The notes under the pieces: model-generated
The model's input: only the letters and a program-made list of their open reading frames with translations
Databases searched by the model: none
What the model was told of the DNA's origin: nothing
Shown here: positions 50,990 to 62,400 of the stretch, one piece after another
Layout of the letters: the number at the start of each line of letters is the position of its first letter
Numbering within the stretch: position 1 is the first letter of the stretch
Source: Felis catus
Taxonomy: Eukaryota
Direction of reading: 5' to 3'
Assembly (NCBI RefSeq): GCF_018350175.1
Contig: NC_058383.1
Coordinates: forward strand, 22,198,001-22,262,000
Length of the DNA stretch: 64,000 bases
Translations under genes and position numbers: made by a program

Positions 50990-51420
50990 TGTCTTAAGTC
51001 AGGGTCCCTGAAAACAGACTCTGATGTGGAGACTGGTGGGCAGGGGGCTTACTGAGGGAGTTTCATTCGGAAGAGTCCCAGCAAGGAATGAGGGGAGAAA
51101 AGTGAAACAGAGGGAGGAGTTAAATGGCAAAGAAGACACAACAGAGACCTCACCCCCTCTCTCAGGAGCTCTGTGGTTGGGACTGCCCTTCAGACATGTC
51201 CCCAACTGAGGCAGGGGCTGGGCCCTTGTTCTCACTCCCCACCGTAACCAGTCACCGGGCTGGCCCCGTAAGCGGGCATAACCTTGAACGATGCAACTCC
51301 AGTTCCTGGAGAAGGACTGAGCTGTGAGCGGCCAGCAGCCAACACTCCCCACAGCTCGGGGCAGAAGTGCCTCAGTCTTAAAAGGGGACCTGGGTATCAC
51401 ACCACAGTGTGCACGACACA
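50990..51420 (-). mobile_element. ERVL LTR (LTR33-like)
   Basis: tgtcttaagtcagggtccc...cagactctga; ggagctctg...gcccttcaga...gtcccaactgaggca; gcagccaacactcccc. Confidence 0.7.
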
Positions 51421-51545
51421 GGAATTTCTGCCAGGTGTGACAATGTGTTGTAAGTTCCAAGCTCAGAGCAAAAGGGACCTAATGTGGACTAAGGGTCAGC
51501 AGGTGTCACTGTGCTCTTTTCTAAGTGGTATAAATAAAGAAGTTT

Positions 51546-51900
51546 GGGGGGGCGCCTGGATGGCTCAGTCGGTTGAGCATCTGACTCTTGATTTCAGCTC
51601 AGGTCATGATCCCAGGGTCATGGGATCGAGCCCCACATCAGGCTCTGTGCTGTGTGGAGCCTGCTTGAGATTCTCTCTTTATCCCCCTCCCCTCCACCCC
51701 CCCAAATAAGAAGAAGAAGAAGGAGGAGGAGGAGGAAGTGAAGAAAGAAGGAAAGAAGGAAAGAAGGAAGGAAGGAAGGAAGGAAGGGAGAAAGAGAAGG
51801 AAGGAAGGAAGGAAGGAAGGAAGGAAGGAAGGAAGGAAGGAAGGAAGGAAGGAAGAGAAGGAAGGAAGGAAGGAAGGAAGGAAGGAAGGAAGGAAGGAAG
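51546..51900 (+). mobile_element. Can-SINE (to about 51709) with tail expanded into about 190 bp of (GAA)/(GAAG)n
   Basis: Short TSD gaagtttg; explains the KEGR and LPSF pseudo-ORFs. Confidence 0.9.
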
Positions 51901-54900
51901 TTTGCTATGCATTCACAAACTCAAAACTCACTAGCCACTCAGCCCTGATAGACCTCCCTTTCATCCTTGCCATGACCCTGGGAGGTAGGTGCTCTCTCCA
52001 CTGGGAAGATAAGGATGCTGAGACTCAGAGGGTTGACTCACTTGTCTGGAGTCCCAGAGCCAAGTCCCAGAACTTGTCTGGATCCCAGTAGCAGAGCTGG
52101 GATCCAAACACTTGGCTAGCTCTGTGAGAACAAGGCCTATGACCCTTTCTGTACACTTCTGGTCTCGTCTCTCCTGCACCTCAGGCCCCTCCTTCACCAT
52201 GCTTCTTCCACTCACATTATAAACCTGCTCACGTCCCTCCCGTAAATGACCTTCTCTTAAGCTGCCTCTTCCTTTCATAACCCACGTTCTCTTAAGAGCT
52301 GCCCAGACTTTTCTTTCCACTTGCTCTCCTTAATGCCCAGCCCCTCCCCGCCCCACACTTGCTCCCACCATGCCATTGAACCAGCACCATCCAAATCTCG
52401 ATGTTCAATGACCACATCCGGTGACTTTGTTTCCACTCTTAGCCTGTTCCCTCTACCATTACCAGTTAGCAACATCTAACAGGCCGGCCACATCCACTTT
52501 CTTAAACGTTCTCCTATCTTGGTTCTTGTGACCCCCACCCCCACCCCCAGCTCTCTGGTTCACCTTCTTCCTCTAGAAGCACCACTTTTAAATTCCCCTT
52601 CACTGGCTCCTTTCCTTCCACTAACCCCTGACGTGGATCTGTTTCACAGGGTTCCAACCTACCACTGCTTCGCTACTGACCTGAGTCTCCAGATACATAA
52701 ACACATCCACCTACTGGACATAGGCACCCATGCAACCCCGAAACATCTCAGACCCAGCCCATGCAAAACCAGCATCATCACCTTTCCTTCCACGGGAGCC
52801 TGACTTCTAACCCTGATCACTTATCACGCTCGCTATTCACACATCTTCCCAAGCCACCAATCTCACTTAATCCCTGACCCTCCCTCCCCTCCTTGATTCT
52901 CCACCTCAACTCTTCTCGTCTGTCCATTTCTTCTGTCACTTCCTTAATTCAAGCATGTCCCACCTCATCCATCCTACCAAGATCCTTCTTTTTAACCATC
53001 ACCTGTGGTGTCTAGATCAGATCATTACCACCTCCAATGGCTCACCCTCACCGTCTACCAAATAATGTGCAAAATCCCTAGAATGTGTGAGCAAAGTCTT
53101 CTGCGACCTGGCATTGATCTGTCTTTACAGTCTCATCCTAGAGTCTCAACATACCAGAAACCTTCACTCGTGGGGTCACTTCAGCCTGAGAGCCCACCTA
53201 TTCAACCCACTTTTCCACCTACTTAGTAACCTACTTAGAAACATTGACTGTGCCCCTGCATGTGTCAGTTACATGGTAGGCACTAGCATATTGCGGTAGG
53301 AAAAATAAGGTGGGTTCCTGCCCTTCATCCAGTGGAGGGGAATAAGTAAGAAGCAAATAAACAAACATCATGACAGCTACATGTGATAAACAGAAAGAAA
53401 GTATTTAGACAGGGGAATGGGATAGAGAGGGCCTGGGAGGAACTTCTTTGGATAGGCTCAGGGATGGCCCTTCTGAGAAGGTGACATTTAAGTGGACAGC
53501 TAAGGGGTGCCGCAAGCCAGCCACATATAGAGACTGAGGAAGAACAATCCCAGGCTGAGATCTTGAAGAGCAGGTGAAAGAAGGAAAGAAATCATCTGGT
53601 GGGGCAGGGAGAAGGACATCATTGAAAGGGACAGAGAGGAGATGGGGTTGGAGAGAGAGGCTGAAAGAGAGACCCAGATCCTGCAGGCTCCTGGAGCAGT
53701 GGGGAGGGGCCCAGACTGCGGGCAGAAAGCTCTCAGAAGCAGCTCTGGGGCAGTGTAAGCAGGGGAGTGGCATGGCCCCATTCACATTTTAGCATGGAGC
53801 TTTCTGGCGGGGTATGAAGAGTGCATTTCAGAGGGCAAAAGCCCATGAAAGCTGCTATTCATCTTTCAAAGGACAAAAGCCGACAAAGCACCTAGCTGAG
53901 CCCTAGCAGGGGGCTGGTGCTCCCCCCCCCCACCCCTCAGAACTAACTCCTGGTTCTGTGAAGCCATTCCCACCCCATGGGTAGGGATTCCTGTCTCTCA
54001 TCAGCAGACACCCCACCCCCAGCACTTTCTTTCAAGCTGGGTTATCACTTCACACACACCCCCTTCTAGAGTGAGCTCTCTCTTCCTCTCCCTCTCCTAG
54101 TAGGCTGTGAAATACTCTGTGTGTAAAGGGTCACACTCCTTCATAAAGCCCTCACGGTCTCTGGCACACGGCCTCCCACACGGGAGAGACTCAAAGAACA
54201 AGGGAGGAATGAATGAAGGGAGGAAGTCCAAAAGGGAATAGCTCTGTGTTCCCCGGGAACACTGTGCATTAAGAGCCTTGGTTTAGAATCAGTCACATAC
54301 GTATTTTAATTCAAGCCCCGCCACCCACTAGCTGTGGGACTCTGGGCAAGTGAATCCACCTCTCTGAGCTACACTTTTCTCTTCCGTAAAATCAGAATAA
54401 TAGCGGTGTAGGATGGATATTTTTTCATACAGTTGTCTCAGGGACCTACAGAGACCAAAAAAACCCACCAGTGTCTCTTCCCCTTCCCAAAAGTATACCT
54501 GCTGGGGAAGGACAGGGTCGGCACAATATAATACCTGTCAACAAGGTTCAGTCTTTGTTATTTTCCACAAACATCTGTTGAGCGCTGACCATAGGCACCG
54601 TTACAACCATCACCCCATTTTATCTGCCACGAACATTTGGGGAAAGACACACCAAATGTGGTCCTGGGTGAGGGCTGAATCTGGCCCTTGCCAGTGTGCC
54701 CTAGGCCCAAGACCCACCAGTAGCCAGGCCGGGGAAATAGGCCTTTTGAGTTCACTTTCAGCCCCCAAGCCCGAGTCACCAACCCCCTTCCCTGGAGACC
54801 CAGTCTGTGGCACCCCTGCTAAGGCAGTTTGGGGCCAAAGACATTTCAAGCCCAGGTTCTGCCTACCCATCATGCCCGTCTAGAAGAACCTTTACCCACA

Positions 54901-55179
54901 AGCCCCCTGAGCTGTCCCCGAGTTAATGACAGGCAGAGACAGTGACAAGCCCAGGGGCTTCTTTGGATAAGACTGGGAGAGGACAGGGTCAGCACAGTCC
55001 AAAGCATGGACCTGCAACTACAGAACACCAGGAAGGATAGACGAAGAGGCTGGGGCCAAGGGGGACCACATGCGGAGGAAGGAAGAAAACTGTTCATCTG
55101 CTACGAGGCTGAAGAAAAGCACACTCATCCCTCAGTTGAAATCACTGTTTCAATTCCTAAACCATCCCCGTCCATCTGG

Positions 55180-55365
55180 CACCGTGGCCAAGGGCCTGGG
55201 CTTTAGATTCAAACGGACCTCAGATCAAACCTCAGTTCTGCCACTTATTAGCCAGACCTTGGGCAAGTCAGGTAAGCTCCCTGAGCCTCAGTTTCCCCAT
55301 CTGCAAATGGAGAGAAGATGCATTCATTCGGGTAAAGAGTTCAGCGCTGTGCCTGGCACTCAGGA
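55180..55365 (+). mobile_element. MIR
   Basis: ctgccacttattagc...gaccttgggcaagtca...gagcctcagtttccccatctgcaaatgg. Confidence 0.8.
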
Positions 55366-55859
55366 GGCCCTTGTTTTCGTGCACTTTATATTTACAGAGA
55401 GGGAGAGACTTTAATGATTTTTGCCAAGGGAACCGTACTGCACACGCCCCTGCAACACAAGGAGAAATAAGCAGAAAGATGCCACGAAGCATCCTTTGCA
55501 CCTGTTGGCTCTTCGTGCACCTGCCCACGTGTCTTTCTCCACTAACGGTTCCATAATCTCCTGCCCTTTGATTCCCTTTTCTTTCTTTAATTCTAAAGGC
55601 CTCTAGGATTGAGATTTCTTCAGCTACTGGTGAAGACGGTGGGTCAGATTGGAAAAAGAAGTAAAATCAAAAGATCATTGATCTTCAACTCAGGGGGCAG
55701 GCTCTCAGCTCTTTTTCCAAGCCCCTGTGCGGGCTCGTCCTCTAAGCCGAGGCAGACACCCAGCAAGGACCACGGAAGCTGGCGTGAGAGTCCCAATCTA
55801 GCCATCCACGGCTGCCTCCGTAGGGGGAGGAGGAACACACAATAGCAGTCAGTTACCCA

Positions 55860-56400
55860 CCATTTCCCTCCTTCCCCGGCACTTCTCAGAGCCCAGCAGG
55901 CAGCTGATGATAACGCGGTGACATCTGACAGCTCATGGAAAGCTCGCTGTCTCTGGAGCTTCCAATCACCAGGTGTCTGAAGAGGCTGCAGGAACAGTCA
56001 GCTTCTGCCCTCATTAAGAGCCCTTTGGTGGGCAGAAGGGATGATTGTTAGAGCAACTGTCAGGTTCATCAGCGGACTGATGAGGAGGGGAGGGCGGCAG
56101 CCCCCAGAGCTCTGACCTCCTGGCCCACGCCAATCCGGGCTCCTCATTTGCATCTCATTTGCATGGCATGCTTCAGAGGAGGGGGGCTGCTCCAACTACC
56201 ACGCGGAGAACTCATTCCCTGTTTGCCGCAAAGCCAGTCCGCACAACGGTATCGGCCCTCCAGGAAAACAAGACCTCAATCAGACCACGGGGAGGAGGAC
56301 AGATGTAGTCCGCACTATTCCGGGCCGCATGACCAACTAAATAAAGCCACGGTTACCTCATGCGCGAGGCCAGACAGAGGGAAAATTCCAAATGTTTTCA
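55860..56400. promoter_or_regulatory. Candidate intronic enhancer or promoter (tandem octamer, CCAAT, GC box, E-boxes)
   Basis: ATTTGCAT at 56146-56153 and 56157-56164, CCAAT at 56130, GGGGAGGGCGG at 56087-56097, many retained CpGs, no recognisable repeat. Confidence 0.5.
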
Positions 56401-56689
56401 AGACACTGTGTTAGAACGATTCAGGCTAATCGCATGCAAGTCTTGTACTATGAATGTCAAGCTGCACCAGCATCAAATAAATGAGCTGTCAGCAGCTTGG
56501 TCAGAGTTCCCAGAGAAAAGAACCTTTCCCTTCTCTCAGAACAGTTGCTATTTTGTTTGATTGATACACACACACTCCTCCTTGGCAACCGTTTTCCATG
56601 GTACCATTGGATCCAAAAGCCACAGGGTCCCCCGATCTCGGGAGGATTATAGCATTGTCTCTCAGTGTAATGTGGGTGCCAAGATCTCT

Positions 56690-56870
56690 ATGGGAAAGCA
56701 GGCTTGGGTTCAAATCCCAGCTCTGGCACTTACGAGCTGTGTGACCTTAGCCAAGTCACTTAACCTTGCTGGGCTTCAGTTTCCTCCTCTATAGAATGGG
56801 GACAACGTTAGTCTATCTTAAAGGGATTAAATGATGTCATGCCTGTAAAAGGACGTGGTACAACACCTGA
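56690..56870 (+). mobile_element. MIR
   Basis: gggttcaaatcccagctctggcacttacgagctgtgtgacctt...cagtttcctc. Confidence 0.8.
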
Positions 56871-57271
56871 TACCTCTCACGAAATACAAAGGCAGGAGAT
56901 GCTTCCTATAAGCGTCTCCATTTCTCATCTATAGTTGAGAAAACAAGAAATGGAGTTGTAAATATGTAACTCAAAGGAGCTACGAGAACCCCTGGAGTCA
57001 CAATAATGGATTCGCATTGAACTAAGCGTAAAAGGCAAAATCCTTACAGGGGATGACAAAGCCTTCAGCAGCAGCCTCCTGTTACGTCTGACCTCCTTCT
57101 TGCTCCCCTCTCTTTGCCTCACTCCACCTGGACACTGAGCCTCTTCGCTATTTCCTCAAGCATGCTGAGCCCACTCAGGCCACAGGACCTTCCACTGGCT
57201 GTTCCTCCACCTGGAATGCTCTTCTGGAAGAGCATGGCTCTTTCCTTCGGCTCCTTCAAAAGTCTTCACTT

Positions 57272-57487
57272 GGGGCGCCTGGTTGGCTCAGTGGATTAAG
57301 GGTCCGACTTCAGCTCACAGTTAGTGAGTTCGAGCCCCGCATCAGGCTCTGTGCTGACAGCTCAGAGCCTGGAGCCTGCTCGGATTCTGTGTCTCCACCC
57401 CTCTCTCTGCCCCTCCCCCACGTGCACTCTGTCTCTCTCTCAAAAATAAACATTAAGAAAATTTTATAAAAAAAAATTTAAACACAC
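57272..57487 (+). mobile_element. Can-SINE inserted in an L2 (about 57000-57680)
   Basis: TSD aagtcttcact. Confidence 0.92.
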
Positions 57488-57694
57488 AAGTCTTCACTCA
57501 AATGTCTCCATCTCGGTGACTCCTTCCCTGCCACCATAACTAAATTTGCAAGCCCGATCCCTTCCCTCATACTTCCTGCCTTCCTTTTCTGCTTTATTTT
57601 TCTCTTTAGCATTTACCATCTGGCATATTGTATATTTTACTAATTTACCTACTTTATAGTCTCTCTCACACACTACCACAGAGATCTATCTAAG

Positions 57695-57887
57695 TACAAA
57701 CTGCAGACCAAATCCAGCCCCCTGCCTCTTCTTGTAAATAAAGTTTTATCGGAACACCTCCTCCCCCATTTGTTTACATACCGTGGCTGCTTTCATATCA
57801 TCGCAATGGCAGAGCTGAGTAGTTGTGAGGGTGACCAGATGGCTCCAAAGTCTACCTGGTCCTTAATGGGACAAGCTGGTGGAGCCC
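57695..57887. mobile_element. MER58A-like hAT MITE
   Basis: ccaaatccagcc...tgtaaataaagttttatcggaacac...ggcagagctgagtagttgtga. Confidence 0.75.
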
Positions 57888-58174
57888 GGCACAGCATATG
57901 TGCTCCCTAAGGGCAGGACTTTGTCTTGTTCTCTGACAAATCCCCGTGAGTAGGTCCAGTGCCTGACATCTACAGGATGCTCCATAATAATGCCTTCTTG
58001 CTGAATGAGTCAAAGTGGGGGTCAAAGTGGGGTACCAGAGGGATGGTGTCAGAGAGCTAAATCCTGCTCAGGAAGTCACAGCCATGAAGCAGTGAAATGA
58101 AACCATGACAAGGTATGTCATTAGTCATTAAAATATAAAGTGCCAGGAGAAAGAATTAAAAATGGTGGTTCTCA

Positions 58175-58393
58175 GAACACCTGGGTGGCTCAGTCGGTTA
58201 AGCATCTAACTCTTGATTTCGGCTCAGGTCACGATCTCACAATTTGTGAGATTGAGCCTTGAGTCAGGCTCTGTGCTGACCGTGCAGAGCCTACTTGGGA
58301 TCCTCTCTCTCTCCCTCTCTCTCTGCCCCTCCCCTGCTCATACTCTCTCTCTCTCTCTCTCAAAATAAGTAAATAAGCTTAAAAAATACTTTA
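58175..58393 (+). mobile_element. Can-SINE inserted at the end of a MER5-like MITE (continues to about 58570)
   Basis: 17-bp TSD aaaaatggtggttctca. Confidence 0.92.
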
Positions 58394-58660
58394 AAAAATG
58401 GTGGTTCTCAAGTGTGGTCCCCTAGTATGATGATACATTGGCCACCCCTGGGAACTTGTTAGACATTCAGAGTCTCAGGTGTGCCACAGACCTACAGACT
58501 CAGAAACTCCAGGGGGTGGGGCAGTCTCCAGGTGATTCTGATAGAAGTTCAGGTTTGAGACGCATAGCCCTCCAGCGCAGAACCGGGGTTGGGGCAGGGG
58601 ATGTTGCTTTTCATCATAAGCTCTTCAATGCACACTGGGTTTTTTAACTCTAGTCTAAAA

Positions 58661-59160
58661 TGTATCAATCATAGCTTTTTATTTTCTGTATCTCTGATGC
58701 TTTGACATCTGGGGCTTTGCTGACCCTTCCCAGGGCTAGCCAGTTCCAGGAAGTAACAAGTGCACCTTTCAAAAGCCAACCAACCAATCCCCAATTCACA
58801 CCCCAATCATCTCCTCTGTGAAGCCCTTACACTCCAGGCCACTGTTCCCCTGCACTGACCTCCCCCCGGGCCCAGGTACCAGAAAACCAGAGACACTGCC
58901 TGCACCTCAGAGCCTGCTATTACTCAAAGGAGCCAGTCCTAAGCCTGCTTCCCCTGCCTCACCTGTTCCTTCTCACAGAAACCACAAGAAAGGCTCCTCC
59001 CCACAAGTCCCCCTCCAACCCCCTGCCTCCCAACTGAGCCTGAGCCGGTGCTCCCGTGTGTGGCCCTGCATGGGGTGGCGAGGCGTGGCCTCCTCCTCTT
59101 GGGAACCATGAATAACAAACTCCCCTTTCAATGACAATCACCTCCTCACCGCTGGCCTTA
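58661..59160 (+). mobile_element. ERVL solo LTR (MER74-like)
   Basis: tgatgctttgacatctggggctttgctgaccc...cccagggctagcca; cctaagcctgctt...cctgcctcacctgttccttc...gaaaccaca. Confidence 0.7.
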
Positions 59161-59567
59161 CTATGCCTGAATAATAATATCTACATTAGACAGGTGGGGG
59201 AGGGGGAGGGGAAGAGGCACAGACCTAACACAAAGAACAGTGTCAAAGAGGTGACATCCAGAAGGCAATTGGCACAGGAGTGACGGGATACAAAAAGCTC
59301 TCGACACGGCCCCAGAGAAAAGGGCCACAGCCAAGAAGATGGAATACATCCGGCCCAACCCTGAGTCTGGAAAAAACCAAAAACCTGCATAAGAACATGG
59401 GGAACGTAGGCCAGCAGCACCTGGTGTGGTAGGCGGAGAGGTTTCACTGACTGTAAACCCATGATAAATCAATAGGGCGATGTGGCTGGCCTGAGCCCAA
59501 ACCCCCACCTGCAAACAAAAGAATAATGTCATCTCGGGATGCAGAAAGGGAATCGTGTTGACTACAA

Positions 59568-59838
59568 CACTGATTTTTCAAATGGCAGGTCAAAGGTCAG
59601 TGAAATCAATTGAGAGTCTAGGCCATTTTTCTTAAAAGGTTTTCTTAAAGGAAGGAGAACAGAACAGACCAGAATACCAGGCTGTGGAAGGAAAGATACC
59701 ACAGCAGAGTGCCGCACGGGCGTGAGGAGAGGGGAGTATTATTTCGTGACGGCTCGATTTCAGTTGTGAATGTGCGCGTGTGTCCGTGATCTGTCACACA
59801 GCATAGCGGGCTGCGGTCAGGAAAGACTGAAAGCCACC
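59568..59838. mobile_element. hAT-Charlie remnant (Charlie4-like)
   Basis: gtgaaatcaatt...; gagtattatttcgtga...tttcagttg; gcggtcaggaaagactgaaagccac. Confidence 0.5.
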
Positions 59839-61688
59839 GACGTAGAACAAGGAAGGTGACAACCCCTCTCTTTGCCGTAGCCCTGGAGGATTCTCCTTCA
59901 CGCGGGGCCTCCTGCTGGCTACGGGAGCTCTTTCACTTGGAGAGGGGTCTGGGAACAGCTCTGGCTTCGTGCAGGTGAGGAGGTGCACACCTACACCCAC
60001 TGGCGCTCCGGGCCGTGGGTTAGGTGTTAGCAAGTCGCTGAAGGAGCTGGGGCAGCTTCACCTGGGAACTGAAAGATGCTGGGGCACCTAAGAATGTCTT
60101 CAGGTCAATGCCAGCCTCAGCGTACCTGTACTGGATGAGCCAAGGAGAAGCTTCCCCAAGTTCATTAATATCCGCTGTAGCAGCTCGCTGGGCCTGGCTT
60201 CTGGGATCGCCCACTAACTTCACCCCATCCACCTGTGCCGTGGTCCTTCCTCCGGGTCTCCTGACTCCCCCTCCCAGAGATCTTCCCGTCCCCAGCTTCT
60301 CCAAGATTGTGTAAGATCTAATTCCTCCGGTAAACCCCTTGTTCCATAGTTCTCAGAGTGGCTCTGATTTCCCTGAATACCAAAGCCTCACAAGGCCCAG
60401 CACCCACAGCGCTAGATGAGCAGTGGGTTCTGCCATGGAGCCTTGCCCCTCCCCCGTGCTCAAACCCCTTTGTATCCTGATGTTTCCCAGTGTAACCTGA
60501 ACACCCCGTGAACACCTTTTTATTTGTAAGTGAGAATGCTTTCAAGACTCTGCTGTGAACTTTATTCTATCCCTCTCCCTCTCTGGATGCCCTCAATTCC
60601 TAACTAGCTTGAGCTGACCCAGAGCACTCAAGAACAGGCCCCGGAATCACACAGCCCGGGATCTGGCCTGCCACTTCATAACTGCGATTTTTAAGCCGGT
60701 TGCTTAACGTTTCCCACATGCAGCCTCTTCCCCTGAAAAATGGGGAAAACTTCAAAGGTTCAAGGTGAACATGACTTGAGACGGTCTCCTTAAAACACCT
60801 GGCATATAGTAAATGCTCAGTAAATGCTGGCTGTGTATATAATTGGGACAGCGTGTCTTCAGGCGGCAGATTTACAAGTCATGTGCCCTGAACACCTCGC
60901 TGGCCAGATACCATCTCGCAGGCCATTTTAGGCAGAACCGAATGTCTCGTAAAAGACTCGGCCCAGGTCTCATAAGTTTTCCAGGACACACGGAGCCAGG
61001 GAGCCAGGTAACGAGATTGAAATAACAACAGCTGACATGCATTGGGGGTGCCTCTGACCAAAGCTCTCTCTTGCCTGCCCGTTACAGGCGGGGTCTCCGA
61101 AAAGCTGGACTTCTGCCTCGGGAAACCCACGTCCTGACATGGCCGCTTTGGAAGGAAATAAAAACGTCACTCAACAGGAAACTCCCAATTGGGCAAATCC
61201 AGCAAAAATCAGCCAGGAAACTCAGAAAGGGCAGGGAAAACCATGCCAAGCCAAAGAACAGCAAATACATACAGCACCCCTGGGACATAGCAGGTGGTGT
61301 TCTACACACTTTACATACACTGCCGGTGGGCTTCTCTCAATGACCCTACGAGATGCGCATTTGGGCAGGTCTTGGCCAGTGAAGTCTGCCTTTCTGCAAA
61401 AAGACAGGCTGCCTTCAAGAGGGGGCATCATCCCAGGCTCACAGTCCAGCAAACACTGGCTCTCATACTCCCAAAGGAGATAAACTGATGAATGGGGGCA
61501 TTGGGAAAACGGAATCCTATGAAGCAAAATCTCCATCACACAAGGGAGCCGGGTCCTGCGCCTCTGTTTCCTCTTCCGTAGAATGGAAAGAAGCACACTG
61601 ACAGGGGAAGTCGTGAGCCAGACTCACTGAGGGAATGCCTGTAGAGCTCACCAGACAAGCACATGTCAAGTGTTTTAGAAAAGGAAGC

Positions 61689-62176
61689 GGCCTGGGTGGC
61701 TCAGTGGGTTGAGCGTCTGACTTCAGCTCAGGTCATGATCTCGCGGTTTGTGGGTTTGAGCTCCGTGTCGGGCTCTGTGCTGACAGCTCGGAGCCTGGAG
61801 CCTGCTTCAGATTCTGTGTCTCCCTCTCTCTCTGCCCCTCCCCCACTCATGCTCTGTCTCTATCTTTCTCTATCAAAAATGAATAAATGTTAAAAAAAAA
61901 AAAGAAAGAAAAGAAAAGAAAAGAAAAGAAAAGAAAAGAAAAGAAAAGAAAAGAAAAGTTGCTGTAGGGGGTGCCTGGGTAGCTCAGTCAGTTAAGCATC
62001 CGACTTTGGCTCAGGTCATGATCTTGTGGTTGTGAGTTCGGGCCCCGTGTCGGGCTCTGTACTGACAGCTCAGAGCCTGCAGCCTGCTTCGGATTCTGTG
62101 TCTGCCTCTTTCTCTGCCCCTCCTCTGCTCGTGCTCTGTCTCTGTCTCTCAAAAATGAATCAACATTAAAAACAAA
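61689..62176 (+). mobile_element. Two head-to-tail Can-SINEs (61689-61958 with (AAAAG)n tail; 61967-62176)
   Basis: Both lie between copies of ttttagaaaaggaagc. Confidence 0.92.
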
Positions 62177-62224
62177 TTTTAGAAAAGGAAGCTGCTAATA
62201 GTCTCCACCATCACCATCTGCCAG

Positions 62225-62400
62225 CTCAGGACAGAGGCAGGACAGACGGGATCAAGTCCCGGTTGCACTCCTCCCTGGCCATTTGACTTGGGCAAGTTAT
62301 TTGAACCCCCTCCCTCTCTTGGTGCCTCAGTTTCCTCATCTGTAAAATGGAGATGATATTAGCAACTATCTCATAGGGTCATTGATGGGATTTCAGGAGG
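62225..62400 (+). mobile_element. MIR
   Basis: gacttgggcaagttatttgaac...gcctcagtttcctcatctgtaaaatggagat. Confidence 0.8.

Noticed and set aside
51679..52091. KEGR/LPSF repeat proteins
   Set aside because: Translations of the (GAAG)n microsatellite.
58009..58032. 12-bp tandem duplication gtcaaagtgggg (and 14-bp gatgaaggacat(t/c)t near 27920)
   Set aside because: Ordinary slippage duplications with no further support.
60020..60314. Protein-looking 94-aa minus-strand ORF (…INELGEASPWLIQYRYAEAGIDLKTFLG…)
   Set aside because: No recognisable family, non-ATG start, and adjacent sequence resembles a degenerate ERVL LTR end. A BLASTP or PhyloCSF signal would be needed to revive it.
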